From: Mobula hypostoma
Taxonomy: Eukaryota
DNA length: 64,000 nucleotides
Assembly (NCBI RefSeq): GCF_963921235.1
Contig: NC_086101.1
Location: 2,296,001 to 2,360,000 of the forward strand
Reading direction: 5' to 3'
The notes under the pieces are model-generated. The model did no database searches, was not told the DNA's origin, and saw only the letters and a list, made by a program, of their open reading frames with translations. Of this stretch, positions 1 through 13,218 are shown piece by piece. The position numbers and the translations under genes are program-made. Numbering within the stretch: the first letter of the stretch is position 1; each line of letters starts with the position of its first letter.

Positions 1-2100
1 CCCCATCCCCATCCCAATGTCTGTACACCCCTCTCCATCCCCATCCCAATGTCTGTACACCCCTCCTAATCCCCATCCCCATCCCAATTTCTGTCCACCC
101 TTCCCATCCCCAATCCCCACCCCAATATCTGTACACCCCTCCTCATCGCCATCCCCATCCCAATGTCTGTACACCCCTCCTGATCCCCATCCCAATGTCT
201 GTACATCCCTCTCCATCCCCATCCCAATGTCTGTACACCCCTCCCAATCCCCATCCCCATCCCAATGTCTGTACACCCCTCCCCATCCCCATCCCCATCC
301 CAATGTCTGTACACCCCTCCCCATCCCCATCCCCATTCCAATGTCTGTACACCCCTCTCCATCCCCATCCCCATCCCAATTTCTGTCCACCCTTCCCATC
401 CCCAATCCCCACCCCAATGTCTGTACACCCCTCCTCATCGCCATCCCCATCCCAATGTCTGTACACCCCTCCTCATCCCCATCCCAATGTCTGTACACCC
501 CTCCCCAACCCCATCCCCATCCCGATGTCTGTACACCCCTCCTCATCCCCATCCCCATCCCAATGTCTGTACACCCCTCCCCATCCCCATCCCCATCCCA
601 ATGTCTGTACACCCCTCCTCATCCCCATCCCCACCCCAATGACTGTACACCCCTCCTCAACCCCAACCCCATCCCAATGTCTGTACACCCCTCCCCATTC
701 CCATCTCAATGTCTGTACACCCCTCCCCATCCCCATCACAATGTCCGTACACCCCTCTCCATCCCCATCCGCACCTCAATGTCTGTAAACCCCTCTCCAT
801 CCTCATCCCAATGTCTGTACTCCCCACCCAATCCCCATCCCCATCCCAATGTCTTTACACCCCTCCCCATCTCCATCCCCATCCCAATGTCTTTACACCC
901 CTCCCCATCTCAATCCCCATCCCAATGTCCGTACACCCCTCCCCATCCCCATCCCCATTCCAATGTCTGTACACCCCTCCCCATCCCCATCCCAATGTCT
1001 GTACATCCCTCCACATCCCCATCCTTATGTCTGTACACCCTTCCCCATCCCCATCCCCATCCCAATGTCTGTACACCCCTCTCCATCCCCATTCCAATGT
1101 CTGTACACCCCTCCCAATCCACATCCCCATCCCGATGTCTCTACACCCTTCCCCATCCCCATCCCCATCCCAATGTCTGTACACCCCTCCCCATCCCCAT
1201 CCCGTCTGTACACCCCTCTCCATCCCCATCCCCATCCCAATGACTGTCCACCCTTCCCATCCCCAATCCCCACCCCAATGTCTTTACACGCCTCCCCATC
1301 CCCATCCCAATGTCTGTACACCCCTCTCCATCCCCATCCCAATGTCTGTACACCCCTCCTAATCCCCATCCCCATCCCAATTTCTGTCCACCCTTCCCAT
1401 CCCCAATCCCCACCCCAATATCTGTACACCCCTCCTCATCGCCATCCCCATCCCAATGTCTGTACACCCCTCCTCATCCCCATCCCAATGTCTGTACATC
1501 CCTCTCCATCCCCATCCCAATGTCTGTACACCCCTCCCAATCCCCATCCCCATCCCAATGTCTGTACACCCCTCCCCATCCCCATCCCCATCCCAATGTC
1601 TGTACACCCCTCCCCATCCCCATCCCCATTCCAATGTCTGTACACCCCTCTCCATCCCCATCCCCATCCCAATTTCTGTCCACCCTTCCCATCCCCAATC
1701 CCCACCCCAATGTCTGTACACCCCTCCTCATCGCCATCCCCATCCCAATGTCTGTACACCCCTCTTCATCCCCATCCCAATGTCTGTACACCCCTCCCCA
1801 ATCCCATCCCCATCCCGATGTCTGTACACCCCTCCTCATCCCCATCCCCATCCCAATGTCTGTACACCCCTCTCCAACCCCAACCCCATCCCAATGTCTG
1901 TACACCCCTCCCCATCCCCATCTCAATGTCTGTACACCCCTCCTCATCCCCATCCCCATCCCAATGTCTGTACACCCCTCCCCATCCCAATGTCTGTACA
2001 CCCCTCCCCATCCCCATCTCAATGTCTGTACACCCCACCCAATCCCCATCCCCATCACAATGCCTGTACACCCTTCCCAATCCCCACCCCAACGTCAATG
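1..2100. repeat. C-rich minisatellite, unit CCCAATGTCTGTACACCCCTC + (CCCATC)n; runs off the window start
   Basis: Tandem units directly visible; internal higher-order duplication at offset 1293 (e.g. 61 vs 1354). Confidence 0.97.
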
Positions 2101-2119
2101 TCCGTAGAACCCTTCTGAC

Positions 2120-2251
2120 ATGTGTGAATGGGTGTGTTTATGTGTGTATATATGTGTTTACGTGTATCTGTGTGTGAGTGTTTTTGTGAGTGGGTGTGTG
2201 TGTTTGTGTTTTTGTGTGAGTGTCTATGTTTATGTGTGTCTGTGTGTGTTT

Positions 2252-2294
<43 letters not shown>

Positions 2295-3320
2295 TGTGAG
2301 TGTGTGTGTGTGTGTGTTTGTGAGTGGGTGTGTTTTTGTGAGTGTGTGTGTGTGTTTGTGTGAGTGTGTATGCTTATGTGTGCCCATGTATGTTTATGTG
2401 AGTGTGTGTGTGTGTGTGGGTGTGTATGTGTTTATGTGTGTATGTATGAGTGTGTGTGTGTGTGTTTGTGTTTTTGCGTGTGTGTGTATTTTTATGAGAG
2501 TGTGTGTGTTTGTGAGTGTGTGTGTGTGAGTGTGTGTGTGGGTGTGTATGTGTTTATGTGTGTATGTATGAGTGTGTGTGTGTGTGTTTGTGTTTTTGCG
2601 TGTGTGTGTATTTTTATGTGAGTGTGTGTGTTTGTGGGTGTGTGTGTGGGTGTGTATGTGTTTATGTGTGTATGTATGAGTGTGTGTGTGTGTGTGTTTG
2701 TGTTTTTGCGTGTGTGTATTTTTATGTGAGTGTGTGTGTGTGTGAGTGGGTGTGTGTGTGTTTATGTGTGTATGTATGATTGTGTGTGTGTGTTTGTGTT
2801 TTTGCGTGTGTGTGTATGTTTATGTGAGTGTGTGTGTTTGTGAGTGGGTGTGTGTGTGTTTATGTGTGTATGTATGAGTGTGTGTGTGTGTGTTTGTGTT
2901 TTTGCGTGTGTGTGTATGTTTATGTGAGTGTGTGTGTTTGTGAGTGGGTGTGTGTGTGTTTATGTGTGTATGTATGAGTGTGTGTGTGTGTGTGTGTTTG
3001 TGTTTTTGCGTGTGTGTATTTTTATGTGAGTGTGTGTGTTTGTGAGTGGGTGTGTGTGTGTTTATGTGTGTATGTATGAGTGTGTGTGTGTGTGTGTGTT
3101 TGTGTTTTTGCGTGTGTGTGTATGTTTATGTGAGTGTGTGTGTTTGTGAATGGGTGTGTGTGTGTTTATGTGTGTATGTATGAGTGTGTGTGTGTGTGTG
3201 TGTTTGTGTTTTTGCGTGTGTGTGTATGTTTATGTGAGTGCGTGTGTTTGTGAGTGGGTGTGTTTTTTGTGTGAGTGAGTGTGTGTGTTTATGTGCGTCT
3301 GTGTGTGTGTGTATGCGTCT
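2120..3320. repeat. Degenerate (TG)n microsatellite with ~60-bp higher-order units
   Basis: Directly visible TG runs with recurring TTTTTGCGTG / TATGTATGAG variants. Confidence 0.97.
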
Positions 3321-3335
3321 CTGTCACTCTCTCAC

Positions 3336-3541
3336 CTCCTGGGCTGTATCTCCTTTGCCCTCTCAGGGTCGGCTGGCCCTAGCAGGTCCTTCCAGTGCCG
3401 GACCGCTGAGTCCCTGGCCAGATGCAGGGCCACCAGCAGTCCTGAGCAGAGGTGAGTGGTCAGGCTCGGGAACACCATCTTACAAGAGTGTTCAGCGTAG
3501 AACTCGCTGGCTTGTTCCGGACTCAGTTGCAGTCTCCTCTT
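3336..3541 (-). CDS. NME5: NME5-like (nucleoside diphosphate kinase homolog 5) second coding exon, 206 nt
   Basis: ctccag|AAG...CCCAGGAG|gtgaga; encodes KRRLQLSPEQASEFYAEHSCKMVFPSLTTHLCSGLLVALHLARDSAVRHWKDLLGPADPERAKEIQPR, collinear with recalled NME5 (RRKLRLSPEQCSNFY...WLELLGP); phase 0 matches the upstream exon; later exons would lie beyond the window start. Confidence 0.85.
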
Positions 3542-3769
3542 CTGGAGGAGGGGAGAGAGATTGGTCAGTCCTGTCTCACAGACGGGGGCAACCCTTCCTA
3601 ACAATAGTCTCGTCCTGGAGCACAGCACAAACACTACTCAGATGGTGGCGAGAGAGATCAGCTGGCTGACTGGTGTCACAACCACCACCCCGTACTGAGT
3701 GCCAGTAAGGCCACGGAATGGACTGTGAATTCAGAAAGGAGAGGTGAAGGGAACACACCAGTCCTCATT

Positions 3770-4280
3770 GAGGGAGCAGTTTAAACTACTGGGTGTCAAT
3801 ATCTGTGAATCTAGCCTGCGTCCAGCATCTCGATGCAGTTGCAAAGAAGACACAACAGCAGCTATCTTTCATTCAGAGTCTGAGCAGATCTGGTATGTCA
3901 GCAAAAGCACGCACGGTGGACAGCTCTCTAACTGGCTGTATCACACTGCACAGGATGGGGAAAAGCTGCAGAGAGTTGTGAACTCAGTCAGCCTCATTAA
4001 GAGCAGCAGACTCCCCAGCGTCCATCATCGTGGACTCTGATCACCCACTTCTCGCTGTTACAGTCAGGAAGGAGGTGCAGGAGCCTGAAGGCACACACTC
4101 AGTGATTCGGGAACAGCTTCCTCCCCTCTGCCATCTGACTTCTCAATGATCTGTGAACCCATGATCACTCTCTCCCTCTCTTTGAGCAATTCTTGTATAT
4201 TTTCTTTATAGACATGGTTGTGTATGGCAAGATGACTAATGTCATGACATGCTGTACCTCAGTGACCCTGATTGTGATCC
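3770..4280 (+). mobile_element. Degenerate 3' fragment of a Rex1/Babar(L2-like) LINE
   Basis: AKKTQQQLSFIQSL...SLTGCIT peptide; AGCCTGAAGGCACACACTCAG...GAACAGCTTC shared with the copy at 20387-20830. Confidence 0.7.
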
Positions 4281-4539
4281 TGGATGTCCATGGCAAAATT
4301 TACTACTCCTCATCCATTAACCCTTTCATTCCCAGAAAACCTCCGCTGGGCCCTCCCCAACGTCAGGCCAAACCTGCTCACAATACTCTGTGCGGTCTGA
4401 CCAATGACATTACATCCTTGCTTTCCCATTCCAGACCTCTAAAACTGAATGTGAGTATCACATCTGCCTCCCTCACCACCAACACAAGCTGAAAATGACC
4501 GTTGAGGAATGCTGAGACAGAGAGACGGTGAGGGGGCGT

Positions 4540-4762
4540 TGGCGCTGACCAGGACTTTCCTCCTGGAGGGTGGAGGATTCAGGCGTGACATGATAGAAGT
4601 ATATAAGGTGCTGACACACATAAACAGGGTGAAACCAGATCGTTCTTTTCCCAGGGAGCCCGCGTTAAACACAAGAGTGCATAGGTTTAAAGTCAGAGGT
4701 GACAGATTTACAAAAAGGCACATCACACAGATGGAATGTGTATTTGGAATGAGCTGCTAGAT
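4540..4762 (+). mobile_element. CR1 LINE 3' fragment
   Basis: RRDMIEVYKVL...TRVHRFKVRG peptide typical of the CR1 ORF2 C-terminus. Confidence 0.7.
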
Positions 4763-6880
4763 AGGGATGGGGAGGGGTGTATAGACATTGGGATGGGGAT
4801 GCGGGTTAGGAGGGGTGTACAGACATTGGGATGGGGATGGGGAGGGGTGTACAGACATTGGGATGGGGATGGGGAGGGGTGTATAGACATTGGGATGGGG
4901 ATGGGGAGGGGTGTACGGACATTGGGGTGGGGATTGGGGATGGGAAGGGTGTATAGACATTGGGATGGGGATGGGGTTGGGGAGGGGTGTACAGACATTG
5001 GGATGGGGAGGGGTGTACAGACATTGGGATGGGGATCGGGTTGGGGAGGGGTGTACAGTCATTGGGATGGGGATGGGATGGGGAGGGGTGTACAGACATT
5101 GGGATGGGGATGGGGATGGGGAGGGGTGTACAGACATTGGGATGGGGATGGGGATAGGGAGGGGTGTACAGTCATTGGGATGGGGATGGGGAGGGGTGTA
5201 CCGACATTGGGATGGGGATGGGGATGGGGAGGGGTTTACAGACATTGGGATGGGGAGGGGTGTACAGACATTGGGATGGGGATGGGGATGGGGAGGGGTG
5301 TATAGAAATTGGGATGGGGATGGGGAGGGGTGTACAGACATTGGGATGGGAATGGGGAGGGGTGTACAGACATTGGGATGGGGATGGGGATGGGGAGGGG
5401 TGTACAGACATTGGGATTGGGGTTGGGGATGGGGAGGGGTGTACAGACATTGGGATGGGGATGGGGAGGGGTGTATAGACATTGGGATGGGGATGGGGAG
5501 GGGTGTACGGACATTGGGGTGGGGATTGGGGATGGGAAGGGTGTATAGACATTGGGATGGGGATGGGGTTGGGGAGGGGTGTACAGACATTGGGATGGGG
5601 AGGGGTGTACAGACATTGGGATGGGGATCGGGTTGGGGAGGGGTGTACAGTCATTGGGATGGGGATGGGATGGGGAGGGGTGTACAGACATTGGGATGGG
5701 GATGGGGATGGGGAGGGGTGTACAGACATTGGGATGGGGATGGGGATAGGGAGGGGTGTACAGTCATTGGGATGGGGATGGGGAGGGGTGTACCGACATT
5801 GGGATGGGGATGGGGATGGGGAGGGGTGTACAGACATTGGGATGGGGAGGGGTGTACAGACATTGGGATGGGGATGGGGATGGGGAGGGGTGTATAGAAA
5901 TTGGGATGGGGATGGGGAGGGGTGTACAGACATTGGGATGGGAATGGGGAGGGGTGTACAGACATTGGGATGGGGATGGGGATGGGGAGGGGTGTACAGA
6001 CATTGGGATTGGGGTTGGGGATGGGGAGGGGTGTACAGACATTGGGATGGGGATGGGGAGGGGTGTACAGACATTGGGATGGGATGGGGATTGGGAGGGG
6101 TGTACAGACATTGGGATGGGGATGGGGAGGGGTGTACAGACATTGGGATGGGGATGGGGATTGGGAGGGGTGTACAGACATTGGGATGGGGATGGGGATG
6201 GGGAGGGGTGTACAGACATTGTGATGGGGATGGGGACGGGGAAGGGTGTACAGACATTGGGATGGGGATGGGGAGGGGTGTACAGACATTGGGATGGGGA
6301 TGGGGATGGGGAAGGGTGTACAGACATTGGGATGGGGATGGGGAGGGGTGTACAGACATTGGGATGGGGATGGGGATTGGGAGGGGTGTACAGACATTGG
6401 GATGGGGTTGGGGAGGGGTGTACAGACATTGGGATGGGGATGGGGAGGGATGTACAGACATTGTGATGGGGATGGGGACGGGGAAGGGTGTACAGACATT
6501 GGGATGGGGATGGGGAGGGGTGTACAGACATTGGGATGGGGATGGGGATGGGGAAGGGTGTACAGACATTGGGATGGGGATGGGGAAGGGTGTATAGACA
6601 TTGTGATGGGGATGGGGTTGGGGAGGGGTGTACAGACATTGGGGTGGGGATGGGGATGGGGAAGGGTGTACAGACATTGGGATGGGGATGGGGTTGGGGA
6701 GGGGTGTACAGACATTGGGATGGGGATGGGGAGGGGTGTACAGACATTGGGATGGGGATGGGGATTGGGAGGGGTGTACAGACATTGGGATGGGGATGGG
6801 GAGGGATGTACAGACATTGGGATGGGGATGGGGATTGGGAGGGGTGTACAGACATTGGGGTGGGAGTGGGGATGGGTTGG
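4763..6880. repeat. G-rich minisatellite, reverse complement of the 1-2100 array
   Basis: Unit GAGGGGTGTACAGACATTGGG(ATGGGG)n; internal 592-bp duplication (4917 vs 5509). Confidence 0.97.
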
Positions 6881-6944
6881 GAATGCATATTTGTAATGAG
6901 CTGCTAGAAACAGTCATGAGACTGGCACATGAGCAATGTTTCAA

Positions 6945-7068
6945 ACTGCAGAAGCTGGAAATCCAGAGCAACACACACAAAATGCTGGAGGAACTCCACG
7001 GCTCAGGTAGCATCTATGGAAATGAATAAACAGTGGACGTTTCAGGCCAAGACTTGTCACCTAGACAA
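6945..7068 (-). mobile_element. Degenerate Penelope-like element terminal (pLTR) fragment
   Basis: CAACACACACAAAATGCTGG...GCATCTATGG...GACGTTTCAGGCC resembles the 63698-63800 copy. Confidence 0.55.
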
Positions 7069-7085
7069 GTCGGTGCATAGGAGGG

Positions 7086-7190
7086 ATTTTAGATTATGAG
7101 AACACTCAGTCCTCTTTTATTGTCATTTAGAAATGCATACATGCATTAAGAAATTATACAATGTTTCTCCGGAGTGATATCACAGAAAAA
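7086..7190 (-). mobile_element. 3' end of a non-autonomous SINE-like retroelement (same family as 36972-37630)
   Basis: Reverse complement of TCTAAATGACAATAAA...GAGGACTGAGTGT...CTCATAATC seen at ~37575-37615. Confidence 0.7.
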
Positions 7191-7239
7191 AATTTTGAGG
7201 GCTCTGGGCCTAACAAGCAGAAGGGACTCGACCAGTTGG

Positions 7240-7770
7240 ACATGAGATGCAATGGTGAGACTTTATAACGCTCTTCTGAAGCCTCACTTGGAGTATTGTG
7301 AGCGTGCTTATCTTGGAAAGGATGTGCTGAAACTGGAGAGGCTTCAAAGGAGGTTCACAAAAATGATGTCAGGATTGAAGGGCTTGTCATATGAAGAGTG
7401 TTTGATGGCTCTGGGCCTGTACTCACTGGAATTCAGAAGAGTGAGGGTTGACCTCATTGGAACCTGTCGAATTGTGAAAGGCCTTGATAGAGTGGATGTG
7501 GAGAGGATGTTCCAATGATGGGAGAGTCTAAACCAGAGGACACAGCCTCAGAATAGAGGGGCTTCCTTTTAGGGGGGAGGTGAGGAGGAATTTCTTTAGC
7601 CAGAGTGGTGAATCTGTGGAATTCTTTGCCACAGGCAGCTGTAGAGGCCGAGCCTTTATGTATATTTAAGGCAGAGGTTGATAGATTGTTTATCGGTCAG
7701 GACATGAAGGGATACGGGGAGGAGACAGTAGATTGGGGTTTAGAAGAAAAATGAATCACCATGATTCAGG
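7240..7770 (+). mobile_element. CR1 LINE 3' fragment
   Basis: KPHLEYC...ERLQRRFTKMM...[10 protein letters not shown] peptide. Confidence 0.85.
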
Positions 7771-7789
7771 CACAACAGCGAGTTAGACC

Positions 7790-10700
7790 GGCAGGAAGAA
7801 ATTAAAAAGAAGACAGCTTTATAGGACGGGCAGTGGAGGGAGTCAGAGTAGGAGGGCTTTGGCTCAACAGGGCTTCAGCGATAACGGGCCAAGGTGGGTA
7901 AGTTACTTGTGAAGAATAGGAATAGGATGTGTGTCTGTGAGGCCGGTGTTCTGTACTGGGTGTCAGATGTGGGATGTCCGGGAGACTCCCAGCCTCCCGG
8001 ACGGCCACCTCTGCATCAGGTGTGTCGAGCTGCAGCTCCTTAGAGACCTGGTTAGGGATCTGGAGATGCAGCTCGATGTCTTCGACTGGTCAGGGAGAGT
8101 GAGGAGGTGACAGATAGGAGCTTTAGGCAAGTAGTCACACCAGGGCTTCGGGAGACCAATAAGTGGGTAACAGTCAGGAGAGGGAAGGACAAGAGTCAGA
8201 TACTAGAGGGTACCCCTGTGGCTGTCCCCCTTGACAATAAGTACTCCTGTTTGAGTACTGTTGGGGAGATGGCCTACCTGGGGGGAGCAACAGTGGCCGT
8301 GCCTCTGGCACAGAGTCCGGCCCTGTGGCTCAGAAGGGTAGGGAAAGGAAGGGAAGAGGAAGGCAGCAGTGATAGGGGACTCTATAGTTAGGGGGTCAGA
8401 CAGGCGATTCTGTGGATGCAGGAAAGAAACACGGATGGTAGTTTGTCTCCCAGGTGCCAGGTGAGGGATGTTTCTGACCGTGACAACGATATCCATGAGG
8501 CAGGAATTTAGATTTCTGTATCATTGGGACCTCTTCTGGGGCAGGCGTGACCTGTCGAAAAGGACAGGTTGCACTTGAATCCCAGGGGGACCAATATCCT
8601 GGCAGGGAGGTTTGGTAAGGCTATTGGGGAGAGTTTAAACTAGAATTGCTGGGGGTTGGGAAACGAACTGAAGAGACGGAGGAAGGGGCTTGGCTCACAA
8701 ATAGAGAAAGCTTGGAGACAGTGTGAGGGGGAAGATAGGCAGGTGATGGAGAAGGGATGCGCTCAGACTGATGGTTTGAGATGTGTGTTTTAATGCAAGA
8801 AGCATCATGAACAAAGTAGATGAGCTTAGAGCGTGGATCAGTACTTGGAGCTATGATGTTGTGGCCATTACAGAGACTTGGATGGCTCAGGGGCACGAAT
8901 GGTAACTCAGAGTGCCAGGTTTTAGATGTTTCAGAAAAGACAGGGAGGGAGGCAAAAGAGGTGGGGACGTGGTACTGCTGATCAGAGATAGTGTCACGGC
9001 TGCAGAAAAGGTGGATGCCATGGAGGGATTGTCCACGGAGTCTCTGTGGGTGGAGGTTATGAACAGGAAGAGGTCAATAACTTTACTGGGTGTTTTTATA
9101 GACCACCCAATAGTAACAGGGACATCGAGCAGCAGATAGGGAAACGGATTCTGAAACAGTACTATAATAACAGGGCTGTCGTGATGGGAGATTTTAATTT
9201 CCCCAATATTGATTGGCATCTCCCGAGAGCAAGGGCTTTAGATGGAGTGGAGTTTGTTAGGTGTGTTCAGGAAGGTTTCCTTGACACAATGTGTAGATAA
9301 GCCTACAAGAGGAGAGGCTGTACTTGATTTGGTATTGGGAAATGAACCTGGTCAGGTGTCAGATCTCTCAGTGGGAGAGCATTTTGGGGATAGTGATCAT
9401 AATTCTATCTCCTTTAACATAGCTTTGGAGAGGGATAGGAACAGACAAGTTAGGAAAACTTCTAATTGGAATAAGGGGAAATATGAGAAAATCAGGCAGG
9501 AACATGGAAGCATAAATTGGGAAAAGACATTCTCTGGGAACTGTATGGCAGAAATCTTGCAAATGTTCATGGGATATTTGTGTGGTGTTCTGCATGGGTA
9601 CGTTCCAATGAGACAGGGAAAGGATGGTAGGGGACAGGAACCATGGAGTACAAAGGCTGTTTAAAATCTGGTCAAGAGGAAGAGAAAAGCTTACGAAAGG
9701 TTCAAAAAACTAGGTAATGACAGAGATCTAGAAGATTATAAGGCTAGCAGGAAGGAGCTTTAAGGATGAAATTAGGAGAGCCAGAAGGGGCCATGAGAAG
9801 GCCTTGGCAAGCAGGATTAAGGAAAACACACAAGGCATTCTACAAGTTTGTGAAGAGCAAGAGGATAAGACATGAGAAAATAGGACCAATCAAGTGTGAC
9901 AGTGGAAAAGTGTGTATGGAACTGGAGGAAATAGCAGAGATACTTAATGAATCTTTTGTTTCAGTATTCACTACGGAAAAGGACCTTGGCGATTGTAGGG
10001 ACAAATTACAGCAGAGTGAAAAGCTTGAACATAAAGACATTAAGAAAGAGGATGTGCTGGAGCAATTGGAAAGCATCAAGTTGGATAAGTCACTGGGACC
10101 GGATGGGATGTACCACAGGCTACTGTGGGAGTCGAGAGAGGAGATTGCTGAGCCTCTGCTGATGATCTTTGCATCATCAATGGGGATGGGAGAGGTTCCG
10201 GAGGATTGGAGGGTTGCAGATGTTGTTCCCTTATTCAAGAAAGGGAGTAGAGATAGCCCAGAAAATTATAGACCAGTGAGTCTTACTTCAGTGGTTGGTA
10301 AGTTGGAGAAAATCCTGAGAGGCAGGATTTATGAATATTTGGAGAGGCATAATATGATTAGGAATAGTCAGCATGGCTTTGTCAAAGGCAGGTTGTGCCT
10401 TACGAGCCTGAATGAATTTTTTGAGGATGTGACTAAACACATTGATGAAGGTAGAGCCGTAGATGTAGTGTATATGGATTTTAGCAAGGCATTTGATAAG
10501 GTACCCCATGCAAGGCTTATTGAGAAAGTAAGGAGGCATGGGATCCAAGGGGACATTGCCTTGTGGACCCAGAACTGGCTTGCCCACAGAAGGCAAAGAG
10601 TGGTTGTAGACGGGTCATATTCTGCATGGAGGTCGGTGACCAGTGGAGTGCCTCAGGGATCTGTTCTGGGACCCTTACTCTTCGTGATATTTATAAATGA

Positions 10701-11595
10701 CCTGGATGAGGAAGTGGAGGGATGGGTTAGTAAATTTGCTGCTGACACAAATGTTGGGGGTGTTGTGGATAGTGTTGCAAAACTGGGCTGAGAAGTGGCA
10801 GATGGAGTTCATCCCAGATAAGTGTGAGGTGGTTCATTTTGGTAGGGCAAATATGATGGCAGAATATAGTATTAATGGTAAGACTCCTGGCAGTGTGAAG
10901 GATCAGAGGGATGTTGGGGTCTGAGTCCATAGGACGCTCAAAGCAGCTCTGCAGGTTGACTCTCTGGTTAAGAAGGCATACGTGTATTGGCCTTCATCAA
11001 CTGTGGAATTGAATTTAGGAGCCGAGAGGTAATATTGCAGCTATATAGGACCCTGGTCAGACCCCACTTGGAGTACTGTGCTCAGTTCTGGTCGCCTCAC
11101 TACAGGAAGGATGTGGAAACCATAGAAAGGGTGCAGAGGAGATTTACAAGGATGTTGCCTGGATTGGGGGGCATGCCTTATGAGAATAGGTTGAGTGAAC
11201 TCAGCCTTTTCTCCTTGGAGTGACAGAGGATGAGAGGTGACCTGATAGAGGTGTATAAGATAATGAGAGGCATTGATCATGTGGATAGTCAGAGGCTTTT
11301 TCCCAGGGCTGAAATGGCTAGCATGAGAGGGCACAGTTTTAAGGTGCTGGGGAGTAGGTACAGAGGGGATATCAGTGGTAAGTTTTTTTACGCAGAGGGT
11401 GGTGAGTGCGTGGAATGGGCTGCCGGCGATGGTGGTGGAGGTGGATACGATAGGGTCTTTTAAGAGACTCCTGGATGGATACATGGAGCTTCAAAAAATA
11501 GAGGACTATGGGTAAGCCTAGGTAGTTCTAAGGTTTGGCACAGCTTTGTGGGCCGAAGGGCCTGTATTGTGCTGTAGGTTTTCTACGTTTCTGTG
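7790..11595 (+). mobile_element. Near full-length, inactivated CR1 LINE (ORF1 esterase-like remnant; ORF2 APE endonuclease + reverse transcriptase)
   Basis: VIGDSIVRG-type ORF1 sequence ~8370; [57 protein letters not shown] in place of FADD; several frameshifts; TTTCTACGTTTCT tail. Confidence 0.95.
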
Positions 11596-11680
11596 AAATG
11601 GCAGAGCAGACTCGATGAGCCAAATAGCCGAATTCTGAGCCGATACGGAGATGGGCTGAAGGGTCTTTTTCCTGCTGTAC

Positions 11681-11797
11681 CTGGACTATAAGGAAGCCTG
11701 ACTGAAGAATGGTCTCCTCGATCTCCAGTTCCTTGTGCACAGCATCAGGTTTGATGAGGGCCAGGGTGAACTCCACTACCGGTCGAGGGCTCTCCAT
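11681..11797 (-). CDS. NME5: NME5-like first coding exon (exon starts 11801), 39 codons
   Basis: ttgcag|ACTG ATG...GTCCAG|gtacag; MESPRPVVEFTLALIKPDAVHKELEIEETILQSGFLIVQ carries the NDPK TLxxIKPD motif. Confidence 0.87.
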
Positions 11798-11829
11798 CAG
11801 TCTGCAAGCGTGAGGTGTCTGTCACCGGC

Positions 11830-12340
11830 ATGGAGGGTAGAGGGAGAGAGAGATAGGGAGAGGGTGAGGGGGTGAGAGAGATAGGGAAAGGGAGAGTGAG
11901 ATGAGAGGGTGAGAGGGAGGAAGAAAAGGAGCAGGGAGGTGTCAGGAGGGGAGGGAGAGAGGGAGGGAGGGGGAGGGAGAGGGGGAGGGAGAGAGGAGGG
12001 GAGGGAGAGAGGGAGGGGAGGGAGAGGAGGGGAGGGAGAGGGGGAGGGGGGAGAGGGAGGAAGAGAGGGGGAGGGAGAGGGGGAGGGAGAAAGGAGGGGA
12101 GGGAGAGGGGGAGGGAGAGGAGGGGAGGGGGGAGAGGGAGGAAGAGAGGGAGAGGGAGGGGGAGGGAGAGAGAGAGGGAGGGAGAGAGAGGGGGAGGGAG
12201 GGGGAGGTAGAGGGGAGGGGAGGGGGAGGAAGAGAGGGGGAGGGAGAGAGGGAGGGAGAGAGAGGGGGAGGGGGGAGGGAGGAGGGAGGGGGAGGGAGAG
12301 AGGGGGAGGGAGAAAGAGACAGAGAGAGGGAGACATGGTG
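11830..12340. repeat. Polypurine (G/A) low-complexity tract; polypyrimidine on the NME5-like sense strand upstream of the acceptor
   Basis: Almost purely G/A for ~500 bp. Confidence 0.9.
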
Positions 12341-12689
12341 AGAGAGAGATGGGACGGAGAGTTGGTGAGAGAAGGAAATGGAGATAGAGAAGGGAAAACA
12401 GAATGGGAGAGAGAGATACAAAGATGGGGGGGAGACAGAAATACAGGAAGTGAGAAGGGGAACAGAGAGTGGGGTAGTGCAAAGACAGATACATTAAATG
12501 ATGCTCGCACATTCTAGTGTTCGAGAGAGATGGAGAAGTGAAAACGTTCCAACAGCTGGCATCTGGGATTCATCAGGGCCAATTCCCCAGCTGGGTTGGA
12601 TTCGATTTTCAGTTTACCAACTGCGGTTGGGTGTTCCTCCCTGGGAAAGGGCCCTGAGCTGTTGGAGTTCAGCACTGGTGGCCCCGTTG

Positions 12690-13165
12690 GGATAGATTTC
12701 CCTTCCCCTGCTGGGATTGGTTCTTTCTCACCGATTGAAATTAGTTCTCCCTTTCCCTGCTGGGATTGCCTCTCCCTTTCCCTACTGAGGTTAGTTCTCC
12801 CTTTACCTGTTGAGATTAGTTCTCCCTTCCCCTGCTGAGATTATTTCCCCCTTTCGGTGCTGGGATTGCTTCTCACTTTTCCTGCTGGGATTGCCTCTCC
12901 CCTTCCCTACTGAGGCTAGTTCTCCCTTTACCAGATGGGATCAGTTCTCCATTTCCCTGCTGGGATTAGTTCTCCATTTCCCTGCTGGGATTAGTTCTTC
13001 ATTTTCCTGCTGGGATTGCCTCTCCCCTTCCCTACTGAGGTTAGTTCTCCCTTTACCAGATGGGATCAGTTCTCCATTTCCCTGCTGGGATTAGTTCTCC
13101 ATTTCCCTGCTGGGATTAGTTCTTCCTTTCCCTGCTGGAATTACTTCTCACTGCTGGGATCGGAT
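12690..13165. repeat. Degenerate ~24-bp minisatellite (CTGCTGGGATTAGTTCTCCYTTYCC)
   Basis: Recurring units visible. Confidence 0.85.
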
Positions 13166-13218
13166 TTGCCACACCTCTGCTGGGATACGCCTCAGGGCTC
13201 CAGAGTCCACACCCACTG

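Noticed and set aside
17..7029. Long Pro/His- and Gly/Trp-rich ORFs (up to 613 aa)
   Set aside because: Translations of the minisatellite, open in many frames on both strands; no domain or splice support
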